In this document: in pieces, positions 9,174-17,830 of the stretch | Layout: every line of letters starts with the position of its first letter | Numbering within the stretch: position 1 is the first letter of the stretch | Source of the DNA: Arcobacteraceae bacterium | GTDB lineage: Bacteria > Campylobacterota > Campylobacteria > Campylobacterales > Arcobacteraceae | DNA: 26,052 nucleotides | Assembly: GCA_048268245.1 (NCBI GenBank) | Contig: JBLWVX010000035.1 | Coordinates: 1 to 26,052 of the forward strand | Reading direction: 5' to 3' | Position numbers and translations under genes: made by a program | The notes under the pieces: generated by a model | Told to the model about the DNA's origin: nothing | The model's input: the letters and a program-made list of their open reading frames with translations, nothing else | Databases searched by the model: none

Positions 9174-9194
9174 TTAACAAAATTTCTATATAAT
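9174..9194 (+). promoter_or_regulatory. Putative sigma70 promoter for leader ORF and btu-like operon
   Basis: TATAAT at 9189-9194 with TTAACA starting 15 nt upstream, the same spacing as at 1957/1972. Confidence 0.6.
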
Positions 9195-9237
9195 TCCGCA
9201 CTTTTAAACTACAAAATTTTATAAAGGAGGAATAATC

Positions 9238-9423
9238 ATGATTAGTAAATCGAAGAAATACTTCACATTTTATGGTATTTTAGCTGCTACAGTTGATAGA
9301 AAGATACACTCTTCTTACTGTACTGTACACTCAATTATGAGTCAAGATTTACCTAAAATCACAAAATTACTTTTAAGTAAACAATTAAAACCAATCAAAA
9401 TAAATTTAACAAATCACATATAG
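9238..9423 (+). CDS. 61-aa hypothetical protein, candidate leader peptide/uORF
   Basis: Near-ideal RBS AAAGGAGG 7 nt before ATG; fills the space between promoter and receptor; stop 22 nt before the receptor ATG. Confidence 0.7.
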   Translation: MISKSKKYFTFYGILAATVDRKIHSSYCTVHSIMSQDLPKITKLLLSKQLKPIKINLTNHI

Positions 9424-9445
9424 AAACAAAATAGGGAAAATAATA

Positions 9446-11245
9446 ATGAATAAAAAATTAACTACAAGCTTAGTTGCAAGCTTACTAATAGCAACAAACC
9501 TAACTGCAAGTCAAACTTTAGACACTATTACTGTTACAAGTGCCACAAAATCAGAACAATCAATCAAAGACGTTACTTCAAATGTAGAAGTTATTACAAG
9601 CCAAGAAATAGAAGAGAGACATTTTACTACAGTTTCAGAAGCATTAAGTACACTTTCAGGTATTAATTTAATATCAAATGGTGGTTTAGGTAAAAGTACT
9701 TCTGTTTATGTAAGAGGTATAGATAGCGAAAAAGTTTTAGTATTAATAGATGGTGTAAGATTTAATGATGTGAGTAATTTTACTGGTGGAGCAGATTTTG
9801 CTAATTTAAATATTAATAACATTGAACAAATTGAAGTTATAAAAGGTGCTCAAAGTGGTCTTTGGGGTGCTGATGCAACTGCAGGTGTTATTAATATTAT
9901 TACAAAAAAGCCAGAAGATGGATTTAATGGGAATATAAATGTAGAATTCGGAAGTTTCCAAACAAAGAAGACAAATACAATTTTATCATATGGAACAAAA
10001 GATTATTATCTTGAGGCTTTTTTAAATACAATTGATACTGATGGTTATACAGCACATGCCAAAGATGATACAGATATTGATAATTATGAAAAAGATGGAT
10101 TTAAATCAAGAGAATATGGTTTAAAAGCTAAATATAATATTGATGATTCTAATTCAATAGGATTTGCTCACAAAATTATTGATAGTAAAGTTGATTTAGA
10201 TACACCATCATCAGATAATTTAGTAAATAATTCTGAATATAACTATAAAGTTTCATCAGTTAATTATGAAAATATTTATAATGATATTAAAACAAAAGCA
10301 CATATAAATAGAACAGTATATGATTGGAGTTATATTAGTAGTTATCCAAGAAGTGACTATGATGGTAGCTTAACTGAGTATGGTATCGAATCAACTATTC
10401 CTTACTTTAATGAAAAGTCTTTTTTAATGTTAGGTACTAATTATAAAGATTTTAAAAAAGAAAATGATATTAACAGAGACTACAATAATAAAGCACTTTT
10501 TATAACAAATAGTAATAGTTTCAATAATAATCAAACAATATTTACACAATCATTAAGATATGATAATTTTGATAAGTTTGAAAATAAAACAACAGGAAAA
10601 GTTGGTTTAAAACATTTCTTTACTAATGATTTTTTTGCTAGTACAAACTATGGAACAGCATATAATGTACCAACTGTAACTAGGCTTTATCATCCATCTT
10701 ATGGAAATGAAAATTTAGTTCCTGAAAGTTCAAAGGCTTTTGACTTAACAGCAGGGTATAAGAATTTTGAAGTGACTTATTTTAAGACAAAAATTAAAGA
10801 TTTAATTGGCTGGGATAGTGGATATAGTAATATTAAGGGAACATCAACTATTGAAGGATATGAGGCTTCATATAAAAAAGATGTTTTAGAAGATTTATTT
10901 TTAGGAGTTAACTATACGCATTTAGATGCAAAAGATGCTAAGGGTAAAGATTTAGCAAGAAGAGCAAAAAATTTAGTTAATTTATCATTAGATTATTATG
11001 GTATAAACAAAACACATATTAACTTAAATGGCCAGTATGTAGGAACTAGATATGATGATCCAAATAAGACAGGTGGACAAACAGGAAGATACACTGTTTG
11101 GAACTCTGTTGTAAACTATGAAATATCAAATGACTTAAAAACATATTTAAAGGTTGATAATATATTTAATAAATATTATCAAATTGCAGATGGTTATGCT
11201 ACTTCACCAAGAGCATTTTATGTTGGTTTAAATTACAAGTTCTAA
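9446..11245 (+). CDS. btuB: TonB-dependent receptor, BtuB-like (probable cobalamin/corrinoid)
   Basis: DTITVTS TonB box, NGGLGKSTSVYVRG, VLVLIDGVR, IEVIKGAQSGLWGADA, LARRAK; compact 599 aa; ABC genes follow and cbiA is nearby. Substrate inferred. Confidence 0.75.
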   Translation: MNKKLTTSLVASLLIATNLTASQTLDTITVTSATKSEQSIKDVTSNVEVITSQEIEERHFTTVSEALSTLSGINLISNGGLGKSTSVYVRGIDSEKVLVLIDGVRFNDVSNFTGGADFANLNINNIEQIEVIKGAQSGLWGADATAGVINIITKKPEDGFNGNINVEFGSFQTKKTNTILSYGTKDYYLEAFLNTIDTDGYTAHAKDDTDIDNYEKDGFKSREYGLKAKYNIDDSNSIGFAHKIIDSKVDLDTPSSDNLVNNSEYNYKVSSVNYENIYNDIKTKAHINRTVYDWSYISSYPRSDYDGSLTEYGIESTIPYFNEKSFLMLGTNYKDFKKENDINRDYNNKALFITNSNSFNNNQTIFTQSLRYDNFDKFENKTTGKVGLKHFFTNDFFASTNYGTAYNVPTVTRLYHPSYGNENLVPESSKAFDLTAGYKNFEVTYFKTKIKDLIGWDSGYSNIKGTSTIEGYEASYKKDVLEDLFLGVNYTHLDAKDAKGKDLARRAKNLVNLSLDYYGINKTHINLNGQYVGTRYDDPNKTGGQTGRYTVWNSVVNYEISNDLKTYLKVDNIFNKYYQIADGYATSPRAFYVGLNYKF

Positions 11246-11246
11246 T

Positions 11247-12080
11247 ATGAAAAAATACACATTTATACTTTTATTTTTTTGTATAAATTTATTAGGGAGT
11301 GAGAGAATTATAACTCTTACTCCTTCAATAAATGAGATTGTTTTTGCTTTAGGACAAGGAAAAAATGTAGTTGCTAATACTTTATTTAGTAACTATCCAA
11401 AAGAATCGAAAGATTTACCTAAAGTAGGTGGTTATGCAACTATGTCATTAGAGAAAATCTTAAATTTTAAACCAACGGTTGTTATTGCACAAGATTATAA
11501 TCAAAAGCTTATTTCTGATTTAAAAGCTTTAGGTGTTAAAACTTTGGTTTTTAAAACAAATACTTTAGATGATATTAAGCATACAATCAAAACTTTAGGT
11601 GAGTATTTTAAAGTAGAAGAAAAAGCAAATGAATTTTTATCTCAAATTGATAATGAGCTAAAACAGTTAAGCAATATAATCAATGATAAAAAAATATTAT
11701 TAGTTATTGGACCTAGAAAAGATTTAAATAATCAGATTTATATTACAGGAAACAATTTATATTTTGAAGATGTTATAAAGGCTTCAGGAAACAGAAATGC
11801 TTACTTCTCAACTAGTACAAATCAACCAGTTGTAAATAAAGAAAAGATTATAAATATGAATCCTGATATAATTATACTTTTAAGCCCCAGAATTAAAGAT
11901 AATTTGGAAGAACAAAAAAGATTAGAAAAATCATGGAAAACTCTTCCTGTAAATGCAAGTATAAATAAAAATGTATATTTAATTGCAAAAGATTATGCAG
12001 GAATACCTAGTGATAGGGTGATTTATTTTATAAAAGATTTTAAAAAGATATTAATAAATGTTAGAAATAAACAACTATAA
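11247..12080 (+). CDS. Periplasmic binding protein, helical backbone (BtuF-like)
   Basis: RIITLTPSINEIVFALG, NYP, LPKVGGY, SLEKIL..KP motifs; signal peptide. Confidence 0.88.
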   Translation: MKKYTFILLFFCINLLGSERIITLTPSINEIVFALGQGKNVVANTLFSNYPKESKDLPKVGGYATMSLEKILNFKPTVVIAQDYNQKLISDLKALGVKTLVFKTNTLDDIKHTIKTLGEYFKVEEKANEFLSQIDNELKQLSNIINDKKILLVIGPRKDLNNQIYITGNNLYFEDVIKASGNRNAYFSTSTNQPVVNKEKIINMNPDIIILLSPRIKDNLEEQKRLEKSWKTLPVNASINKNVYLIAKDYAGIPSDRVIYFIKDFKKILINVRNKQL

Positions 12081-12759
12081 TAGTTCTATTTTAAAAGATA
12101 TTTCATTTTCTCTAAATGAAAATGAAAATCTTATAATTTTAGGACAAAATGGCGCAGGAAAATCAACTCTTGCAAAAGTTTTATCAAATCTAATTGAAAA
12201 TGATGAAGTTAAACTTTTTGATGTGAATATAAATGATATAAGTGATGACAAAAGAGCATCTTTAATAAACTATATTCCTCCAAAACTTGAAATATTTGAT
12301 GAGTATATTACTCTAAGAGAGTTTTTAGAGTTATCAGCAATCAACAATAGTGACAACAACTCACAGATAGATAAAATCATCGAATTACTGAGTTTAAAAA
12401 AATTAGAAAATAGATTTTGTAAAGCTTTTAGTTCTGGGGAAAAACAGCTTTTACTTCTTGGTTCTGCGATTATGCATAATGCAAAGATTACTATATTTGA
12501 TGAACTTACTGCAAACTTGGATATTACGAGATTAAAAGAGGTATATGATATTTTCAAATCTGATTTTTTACAACAGAAAATTGTAATAACTCATAATCTT
12601 GACTTAGCATATGCTCTAAAATTTAAAGTTTTATACTTAAAAGATGGGCAAATAAAGTTTTATGGTTCAAATGAAGAGTTTTTTTCAAATGAGAATCTTC
12701 AAAAATTTTATAATAACTCAATTATAAAATTAGATAAACATTTGGTGGTGAATTTATGA
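12058..12759 (+). CDS. ABC transporter ATP-binding protein (BtuD/FepC-like)
   Basis: Walker A GQNGAGKST, signature FSSGEKQ, Walker B/D-loop IFDELTANLD, H-loop ITHN. Confidence 0.92.
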   Translation: MLEINNYNSSILKDISFSLNENENLIILGQNGAGKSTLAKVLSNLIENDEVKLFDVNINDISDDKRASLINYIPPKLEIFDEYITLREFLELSAINNSDNNSQIDKIIELLSLKKLENRFCKAFSSGEKQLLLLGSAIMHNAKITIFDELTANLDITRLKEVYDIFKSDFLQQKIVITHNLDLAYALKFKVLYLKDGQIKFYGSNEEFFSNENLQKFYNNSIIKLDKHLVVNL

Positions 12760-13730
12760 TAAAAAAACTATTATTTATATCATCACTTTTTATTATAGTG
12801 ATTTCTCCATTTTTAGGAGAGATTACACTAAATCTAAATGAACTATTTGATCCTTCAACTATTACTTATAAAGTATTTTGGGAGTTAAGAGTTTCAAGGG
12901 TGTTTTTAGCACTATTAGTAGGTGGAGTTTTAGCCTTGAGTGGTTTGATTTTTCAAATTATTTTTAAAAATGCTTTGATTACACCATATACTTTAGGAAT
13001 AGCAAGTGGTACGACTTTATTTACGGCTATTTCAATAGTATTTATTCCAAGTATAATACTTCCTGTTTCATCATCTTTTGGCTCTTTAGTAACTATTATA
13101 ATCTTATATTACATCTCAAAAAGAATAAACAATAACAGTATTGCTGTATCTACTAATTCTATTTTATTAATAGGTATTGCCTTGTCATATTTTTATTCAT
13201 CAGCTTTAATGCTTGTTTTTTATCTAAGTGATTTAGAGCAAAACTACTCAATAGTGAGATTTACTTTAGGAAGTTTAGATACAGTTGGGTTTAGTAGCCC
13301 TTTTTGGGTACTTATTGCAAGTTTGATTATGTACTTTACTATTTATGTAAATAAAGCGAAGATAAAACTGCTTCTTATATCTAATGATACAGCCTTTTTA
13401 AAAGGACTTAATGTACATAAATTAAACCTTACATTACTTGTGGTTATCTCTTTATGTGTAGGTATTTGTATTAGTTTTGTAGGGCCTATTGGTTTTATAG
13501 GTTTAGTAGTTCCTCATATTATCAAGCTTATTTATAAACAAAGTGCAGATAAGTTAATCTTCCCTGTATTCTTTTATGGAGGTGTATTTTTAGTTGTTTC
13601 AGATTTGATAGCAAGAAATTTAAATACAGCTTCTACACTTCCAATTGGTGTTGTAACAGCATTTATTGGGGCACCATTTTTTGTATATCTTCTTATAAAA
13701 AGAAATAAAAAAGCAAATGAAGGAAACTAA
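12756..13730 (+). CDS. FecCD/BtuC-family ABC permease
   Basis: LRVSRV, FQIIFKNALITPYTLGIASG, GPIGFIGLVVPHI, LPIGVVTAFIGAPFF; ATGA overlap with the ATPase gene. Confidence 0.95.
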   Translation: MIKKLLFISSLFIIVISPFLGEITLNLNELFDPSTITYKVFWELRVSRVFLALLVGGVLALSGLIFQIIFKNALITPYTLGIASGTTLFTAISIVFIPSIILPVSSSFGSLVTIIILYYISKRINNNSIAVSTNSILLIGIALSYFYSSALMLVFYLSDLEQNYSIVRFTLGSLDTVGFSSPFWVLIASLIMYFTIYVNKAKIKLLLISNDTAFLKGLNVHKLNLTLLVVISLCVGICISFVGPIGFIGLVVPHIIKLIYKQSADKLIFPVFFYGGVFLVVSDLIARNLNTASTLPIGVVTAFIGAPFFVYLLIKRNKKANEGN

Positions 13731-14347
13731 ATCTTTATATGATTTAGTTTATCTTCACCTAGTACTATAAGTTCTTCATTTACTCTTTTGATTAAGTCAG
13801 GGAAAAACTCTAAAAAGTCACATTCAAGTTCATCTATTTTTTCACAAACTATTTTATAGTAAGAAATAGCACTATCCCTTTGGGCAAGTTTAGGTGACAG
13901 TCTCATATCAAGCCTTTTAAAAGCCTTTTCTAAGTGAACAAAATCTCTATAGTTTAGTAAATCCCTAGCTATCATATTTTCAACTATTTGATTTGCTCTT
14001 AGAGGATAACTATCTTTTTGAATATAAGCTTTTTCATAAAACTCTTGTGTAAAAAGTTCAAGTTTTGTATTACAGTATTTGTCCCAGTTTTTAGTAAGCA
14101 AATAATCATAAACAAAATCTATGATTATGCCTTTTAATAAACCTTTTTCTTTTAATCTTTTTTTACTTCTTTTAAAAGCTTCATGTTTATCTGAGTAAGA
14201 ATCTATTACTTTATGAATAAACATACCATTTTTCAAATCATTACTTGCATTTTCCCAAGGTCTAGCTTTATAAGGGTCTGCTATAAAATTTCCTATTTGA
14301 AAATCTATATCTTTTTTTGATAAAAGTACATGAGCAAGCCAGTTCAT
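13727..14347 (-). CDS. acpH: Acyl carrier protein phosphodiesterase (AcpH family)
   Basis: MNWLAHVLLS, GNFIAD, HKVIDSYSD, IIDFVYDYLL..NW, FLEFFPDL. Start reassigned to ATG 14347 (TAATG overlap with upstream stop). Confidence 0.85.
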   Translation of the reverse strand: MNWLAHVLLSKKDIDFQIGNFIADPYKARPWENASNDLKNGMFIHKVIDSYSDKHEAFKRSKKRLKEKGLLKGIIIDFVYDYLLTKNWDKYCNTKLELFTQEFYEKAYIQKDSYPLRANQIVENMIARDLLNYRDFVHLEKAFKRLDMRLSPKLAQRDSAISYYKIVCEKIDELECDFLEFFPDLIKRVNEELIVLGEDKLNHIKI

Positions 14348-15093
14348 TAGGCTTCTTTTACTTTTCCAGTTTGAAGAGCATAAGCCCAATCATCTCTTCC
14401 ATTTTCTTGGGCTTTTAACGCTGCTTTTTCATAATCATATGCAACTCTTACATGATCCATTGAAAACCTATTTTCTTCTATATTTAGTATCATATAAGAA
14501 GCGTTAGGAGTATTGTTTTCTACTTTGTGTTTTGGTTCGTCTTTACTAAAAGCTTGAAGCCCAATAGCTCCTGGATTTATAGTTACTTGTCCTGAATTTA
14601 ATTTTTTATAGTTTGGAATATGTGAATTCCCACAAAAAATAAAAGGTGCTTCTATATCATCTGTAAGTTTTATGATTTCTTCATCTTCTCTTTGGATTAG
14701 TTGCCCATCTTTTATATCTTCAAGTAAATATTGTGTATCATCAAAATATGTTCCATGAATCATATAGTAAGTCCCACCTATGATTTTTTCAAAGGGTAAG
14801 TCTTGTATCCAGTGTAAAACATCTTCACCTAAATCATTATAAACATATCGTAATGTATCATTTTCTTCAAGTTGTGCAAGTGAAGCTTCAAGTATTTTTC
14901 TATCTTCATCACCCATAATATTTATAAACTTATTAGCTCTGATTAGTTCATATGTTGCTCTTGGTTCTATTGGACCATAAAACATATCACCAAGATTTAA
15001 AACTACTTCTATATTTTTTGCTTTTATATCTTTTATCACTTCTTCTAGTGCATAAACATTTGACTTTATATCTGAAATAATAGCAATTTTCAT
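14347..15093 (-). CDS. Calcineurin-like metallophosphoesterase with substituted metal ligands
   Basis: MKIAIISDIKSN, LGDMFYGP, GDED, HG, CGNSH, INPGAIG. Confidence 0.88.
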   Translation of the reverse strand: MKIAIISDIKSNVYALEEVIKDIKAKNIEVVLNLGDMFYGPIEPRATYELIRANKFINIMGDEDRKILEASLAQLEENDTLRYVYNDLGEDVLHWIQDLPFEKIIGGTYYMIHGTYFDDTQYLLEDIKDGQLIQREDEEIIKLTDDIEAPFIFCGNSHIPNYKKLNSGQVTINPGAIGLQAFSKDEPKHKVENNTPNASYMILNIEENRFSMDHVRVAYDYEKAALKAQENGRDDWAYALQTGKVKEA

Positions 15094-15202
15094 TCATTTC
15101 CTTATTGAACTTTTTTTGGATTATATCAAATTGAAGGTTCTTTGTAAGTTAGGTAAATAAGAAAAAATAGTAAAATTTCACAAATAATAAAAAGGAAAAA
15201 TC

Positions 15203-16462
15203 ATAAAAACTCTATGTATTAGTGCAACTGCATCAAATCAAGGAAAAACAATACTTACAACAGCCTTACTTTATCACTATAAAAAAAGTGTAAGACCTTT
15301 TAAAATAGGACCTGATTTCATAGATCCTCAGTTTCACCAAAAAATCTCTAAAACACCAAGTATAAATCTTGATATAAATATTTGTAAAAAAGATGGTGTA
15401 AAATGGCTTTTTTCTAACTATAGTAATAAGGAATTTTCTATTTTAGAAGGTGTTATGGGTTTTTATGATGGAATGGATAAAAATTCATCAGCTTATGATG
15501 TTACAAAACTTTTAGATGTTCCCACTGTTCTTATTTTAGATGCAAGTGGTTCATATATCACTTTAAGTGCTATTATTAAAGGACTAAAAGAGTATAGAAA
15601 AGATAACACTATAAAAGCAGTAGTATTTAATCATATCTCATCACAAGGTCACTATGAACTTATAAAAAATCAAGTTAAAAAAGATTTTGATGATGTGGTT
15701 TGTCTAGGTTTTATCCAGAAAAATTTAGAGTCATTGAGTTCTACTCATTTAGGTTTAGACTTAAAAGATTGTAATGAAGAAAAAATAGAAGAACTTTCAA
15801 AAGAAGTACTTAAAAATATAGACTTACAAAAACTTGAAGAGATTTGTGAATATAAAAAGGAAAATATAAGTTATCCTTTTGAGAAAGTAAAAAAGCAAGA
15901 TAAACATATAGCAGTTGTTTATGATGAAAACTTTTCATTTTTATACCATGATAATTTAGAGTTTTTAAAAGAGAATTTTTCAAAAGTAACTATAGTAAAT
16001 AGTATAAAAGATGAAACTATTCCAACTGATGCCAATAGTGTATTTATTTGTGGAGGTTATATCGAAACGAAAGAGTCTTATGATAAATACAAAAACTCTA
16101 ATAACTTTCAAGTTTCACTAAAAGAGCATGCTAAAACAAAAAAAGTTTATGGGGAGTGTGCTGGTTTGATACTATTAGGTGAAACTTGTGATGATAAACA
16201 GATGTTAGGTTTACTGCCTTTAGAGTTTACTTTAAATAAAAGATTTGTTCGTATGGGATATTATGATAATGATTTAGGTATTACAGGGCATGCTTTTCAT
16301 TATACTAGTGTAAAAAGTTCTATAAAAGGTGAGTATACTTTATATAAGAAAAAAGGTGAATATGAAAAAGAGGCTGCTTTTAAAAAAGAGAATGTTTTTG
16401 GAACATACTTGCATACTATGTTTAGGGCAAATTTTAGTAAAATAAAAAACTATTTAGTATAG
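15203..16462 (+). CDS. cbiA: Cobyrinate a,c-diamide synthase (CbiA/CobB), apparent ATA start
   Basis: Frame extends 84 codons upstream of the ORF-track start: SNQGKT P-loop, FKIGPDFIDP, NLD, EGVMGFYDG; GATase domain YGECAG, GHAFHY, GTYLH. Confidence 0.9.
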   Translation: MKTLCISATASNQGKTILTTALLYHYKKSVRPFKIGPDFIDPQFHQKISKTPSINLDINICKKDGVKWLFSNYSNKEFSILEGVMGFYDGMDKNSSAYDVTKLLDVPTVLILDASGSYITLSAIIKGLKEYRKDNTIKAVVFNHISSQGHYELIKNQVKKDFDDVVCLGFIQKNLESLSSTHLGLDLKDCNEEKIEELSKEVLKNIDLQKLEEICEYKKENISYPFEKVKKQDKHIAVVYDENFSFLYHDNLEFLKENFSKVTIVNSIKDETIPTDANSVFICGGYIETKESYDKYKNSNNFQVSLKEHAKTKKVYGECAGLILLGETCDDKQMLGLLPLEFTLNKRFVRMGYYDNDLGITGHAFHYTSVKSSIKGEYTLYKKKGEYEKEAAFKKENVFGTYLHTMFRANFSKIKNYLV

Positions 16463-16528
16463 ATATAAGCTAAACTCATATATAAGTAAAGTTTATTTAA
16501 ATTTAATAAGTTATAATTATAACTATGA

Positions 16529-16741
16529 TTAGAATAGGGGATTTAGTTTAGCTTTAAGCTTTTTTGGTAAATGAGCAAAAACAATTGTATCTTTCTTTAA
16601 CAATTGACCTTTTTCATATACTTCTACATCTAAAGTCATTGTTGATGTTTTGAAACTTAAAAGTTTTATTTGATTGTTTCTTTCTTCAAAAGATAGATTC
16701 ATTTTTTTTAAGTCAATGATTGTTTTTTTGCTCTTTGCCAT
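16529..16741 (-). CDS. Small basic hypothetical protein (70 aa)
   Basis: AGGAA RBS, fills the intergenic space, no recognisable domain. Confidence 0.7.
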   Translation of the reverse strand: MAKSKKTIIDLKKMNLSFEERNNQIKLLSFKTSTMTLDVEVYEKGQLLKKDTIVFAHLPKKLKAKLNPLF

Positions 16742-16796
16742 TTATATTCCTAACTTTTTTCTAATTATAATAAATTTTACTTAAAGGATTTAATAG

Positions 16797-17774
16797 ATGA
16801 ATAATAGTGAATCAATTAAAGCAATTCCTTCAAATAGACTTCAATTTTTCCCAATCATGATGTTTGCTACAGTTATGGGACTTATGGGTTTAGCAATGGT
16901 TTTTATAAAACTAAATGAGAGTTTTGGTTTTGTATACGAACTGGGTTTTTATCTTGGACTTTTTACTACAGGACTTTTTTTAATTATAGTTTTAACATAC
17001 TTATTTAAAATATTTTTACACACAAAAGAAGTAAAGCAAGAGTTATCACATCCAATAAGAGTAAACTTTTTTGCAGCTTCATCTATTTCTATTCTTCTTT
17101 TGTCTATGTTTTTTAGACACATTGATATGAATATTGCAAATATTCTGTTTTTTATAGGTGCATTTGTTCATATAATTTTTACATTTTATACAATTAAATT
17201 TTGGATAAACAATAATTTAGAGATAGTACATTCAAATCCTGCCTGGTTTATTCCGATTGTAGGAAATTTGATTGTACCAATTGCAGGAATTGGTTTTATA
17301 GATAAATCTATACTTTATTTTTATTACTCAATTGGTATTTTCTTTTGGATTATTCTTTTTTCAATAATTTTAAATAGAATTATATTCCATAAACAGTTTG
17401 CTGCAAAGTTTATGCCAACACTATTTATACTTATAGCTCCTCCAGCAATAGGATTTATATCTTATATAAAATTGACATCTAGTTTAGACTTCTTTGCTCA
17501 TATACTTTATAGTTTAGGACTGTTTTTTACTATTTTAGTTTTTGTTATGTATAAAAATTATATGAATATAAAGTTTTTTATATCATGGTGGGCATTTACT
17601 TTCCCAATGGCAGCTATAAGCTTAGCCACAATTTTAATGTATGAATTAACTAAAGTAGATTTTTATGAGTATTTATCTTATTTTTTTACGTTTATAACAT
17701 CTAGTATAGTAATTTTAGTTGCAGTACAAACAGTAATTCACATGAGTAAAAAAGAGATTTGTATAATGGAATAG
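16797..17774 (+). CDS. SLAC1/TehA-family (TDT) anion channel
   Basis: FATVMGLMGL, HPIRVNFF, PAWFIPIVGN, PTLFILIAPPA, SWWAFTFP; about ten TM helices. Confidence 0.95.
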   Translation: MNNSESIKAIPSNRLQFFPIMMFATVMGLMGLAMVFIKLNESFGFVYELGFYLGLFTTGLFLIIVLTYLFKIFLHTKEVKQELSHPIRVNFFAASSISILLLSMFFRHIDMNIANILFFIGAFVHIIFTFYTIKFWINNNLEIVHSNPAWFIPIVGNLIVPIAGIGFIDKSILYFYYSIGIFFWIILFSIILNRIIFHKQFAAKFMPTLFILIAPPAIGFISYIKLTSSLDFFAHILYSLGLFFTILVFVMYKNYMNIKFFISWWAFTFPMAAISLATILMYELTKVDFYEYLSYFFTFITSSIVILVAVQTVIHMSKKEICIME

Positions 17775-17830
17775 TTTAAACTTTTCAAGATATAATAAAA
17801 AAATATTTTTAAAAATTTGAAGGAATTATT

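Noticed and set aside
9265..9360. Canonical cobalamin riboswitch (GGT...ACTGTA...GAGTCAAGA...TACC resemblance)
   Set aside because: Core GGGAA, GGTGnAAnTCC and GCCACTG/GGGAAG elements are missing; kept only as part of the leader finding.
14348..14389. Longer acpH start given by the ORF track
   Set aside because: Overlaps the upstream gene; MNWLAH at 14347 matches the family N-terminus.
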